DNA of 34,424 nt, taken from Bacteroidales bacterium. Lineage in GTDB: Bacteria > Bacteroidota > Bacteroidia > Bacteroidales > WCHB1-69. The DNA lies in the NCBI GenBank assembly GCA_012519525.1, contig JAAYQB010000115.1, positions 1 through 34,424 of the forward strand, in the 5' to 3' direction. Of this stretch, positions 33,573-34,424 are shown one piece after another. How positions within the stretch are numbered: position 1 is the stretch's first letter; the number at the start of each line of letters is the position of its first letter. Below the pieces are notes generated by a model. The model ran no database searches. It saw only the letters and a program-made list of their open reading frames with translations, and had not been told where the DNA came from. A program made the translations under genes and the position numbers.

Positions 33573-34271
33573 ATGAAAAATTCCATTTTATACGAAGATA
33601 ATCATCTGATTATTATAAATAAAAAAAGCGGTGAAATTGTTCAAGGCGATAAAACAGGCGATGAGAGCTTAATAGACAAAGTAAAATCGTATTTAAAAAA
33701 CACCTATCAAAAGCAAGGCAATGTCTTTTGCGGGCTTGTTCATCGTGTAGACCGTCCGGTAAGCGGCATTGTGATTTTTGCTAAAACTTCCAAAGCCTTG
33801 TCGCGTATGAATGCGATTTTTAAAGAACAAAAAATACAAAAATTCTATTGGGCAATTGTCAAAAACAAACCTCAAGACGAATGCGGCACTTTGGTACATT
33901 ACCTCAAAAAAAATGAAAACCTCAATAAAAGTTTTGCCGTTAACAGTGAAAAAAAGGGCTATCAACGTGCCGAATTAATTTACACCTATCTCCTATCCTC
34001 AGAGCATTATCATTTATTGGAAATAGAGTTAATAACGGGCAGACATCATCAAATACGTGTTCAATTATCGGCTATAGGTTCCACCATAAAAGGCGATTTA
34101 AAATACGGATATCCACGCTCTAACAGCGACGCTTCAATCAGCCTTCACGCTCGAGCAGTAAAATTTACACATCCCGTATCCAACATAGCATTAACCATAG
34201 AGGCTCCCCTTCCCAAGGATTCCTTGTGGATGTATTTCAAAGAAAAAATGAAAGAAAAAAATAGGCTGTAA
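33573..34271 (+). CDS. RluA-family pseudouridine synthase
   Basis: 232 aa. The catalytic motif is GLVHRVDRPVSGIVIFAKT, followed later by TGRHHQIRVQLS. Confidence 0.85.
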   Translation: MKNSILYEDNHLIIINKKSGEIVQGDKTGDESLIDKVKSYLKNTYQKQGNVFCGLVHRVDRPVSGIVIFAKTSKALSRMNAIFKEQKIQKFYWAIVKNKPQDECGTLVHYLKKNENLNKSFAVNSEKKGYQRAELIYTYLLSSEHYHLLEIELITGRHHQIRVQLSAIGSTIKGDLKYGYPRSNSDASISLHARAVKFTHPVSNIALTIEAPLPKDSLWMYFKEKMKEKNRL

Positions 34272-34327
34272 TTATTTTTATTAGTGTCCGATAAAATGTG
34301 CTTTTTTGCTTATGTTTATAACTGAAA

Positions 34328-34357
34328 AAGGGCTGAATCCGTTATTGAAATCAGCCC
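34328..34357. terminator. Hairpin flanked by an A-run and a T-run (possible bidirectional terminator)
   Basis: aaaaAGGGCTGA-14 nt-TCAGCCCTgatttt, an 8-bp GC-rich stem. A second 7-bp hairpin, attttcc/ggaaaat, lies at 34359-34376. Confidence 0.4.
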
Positions 34358-34424
34358 TGATTTTCCGCATGGAAAATTTATTGATAACAATGATTTATAT
34401 TAAAACCATTTCATTGCTCGAACA

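Overview
This is a low-GC Bacteroidota-type chromosomal fragment. The TAnnTTTG -7 promoter boxes, the lipoprotein style and the housekeeping proteins all fit that assignment. It splits into two parts.

(1) Positions 1-13300 form a visibly more AT-rich accessory region. It is an array of same-strand (+) gene units. These are a SIR2-domain protein, several small lipoproteins and secreted proteins, a divergent POT-like transporter, and an HNH endonuclease. Five copies of a promoter-carrying junction repeat punctuate the array, and the window starts inside one copy. A block at about 7977-12170 interrupts the array. It holds a minus-strand two-gene operon of unknown function, placed divergently to a three-gene operon (small ORF, SPPY methyltransferase, PD-ExK endonuclease).

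(2) Positions 13400-34424 are ordinary housekeeping: leuS, murA, tilS, a DPSL-type ferritin, a zeta-toxin-like kinase with a small downstream ORF, a metallophosphoesterase, an EamA transporter, valS, miaA, pepC, an LKR/saccharopine-dehydrogenase-like gene, a degenerate M23/LytM protein and an RluA-family pseudouridine synthase.

I found no rRNA, tRNA, CRISPR array, transposase or recombinase.

The best candidates for something new are:
- the repeat-delimited cassette array, which resembles an integron or rAID cluster;
- the stand-alone SIR2 fusion protein;
- the unannotatable two-gene operon paired with the RM module.

All functional calls rest on motifs read by eye, because no database search was possible.
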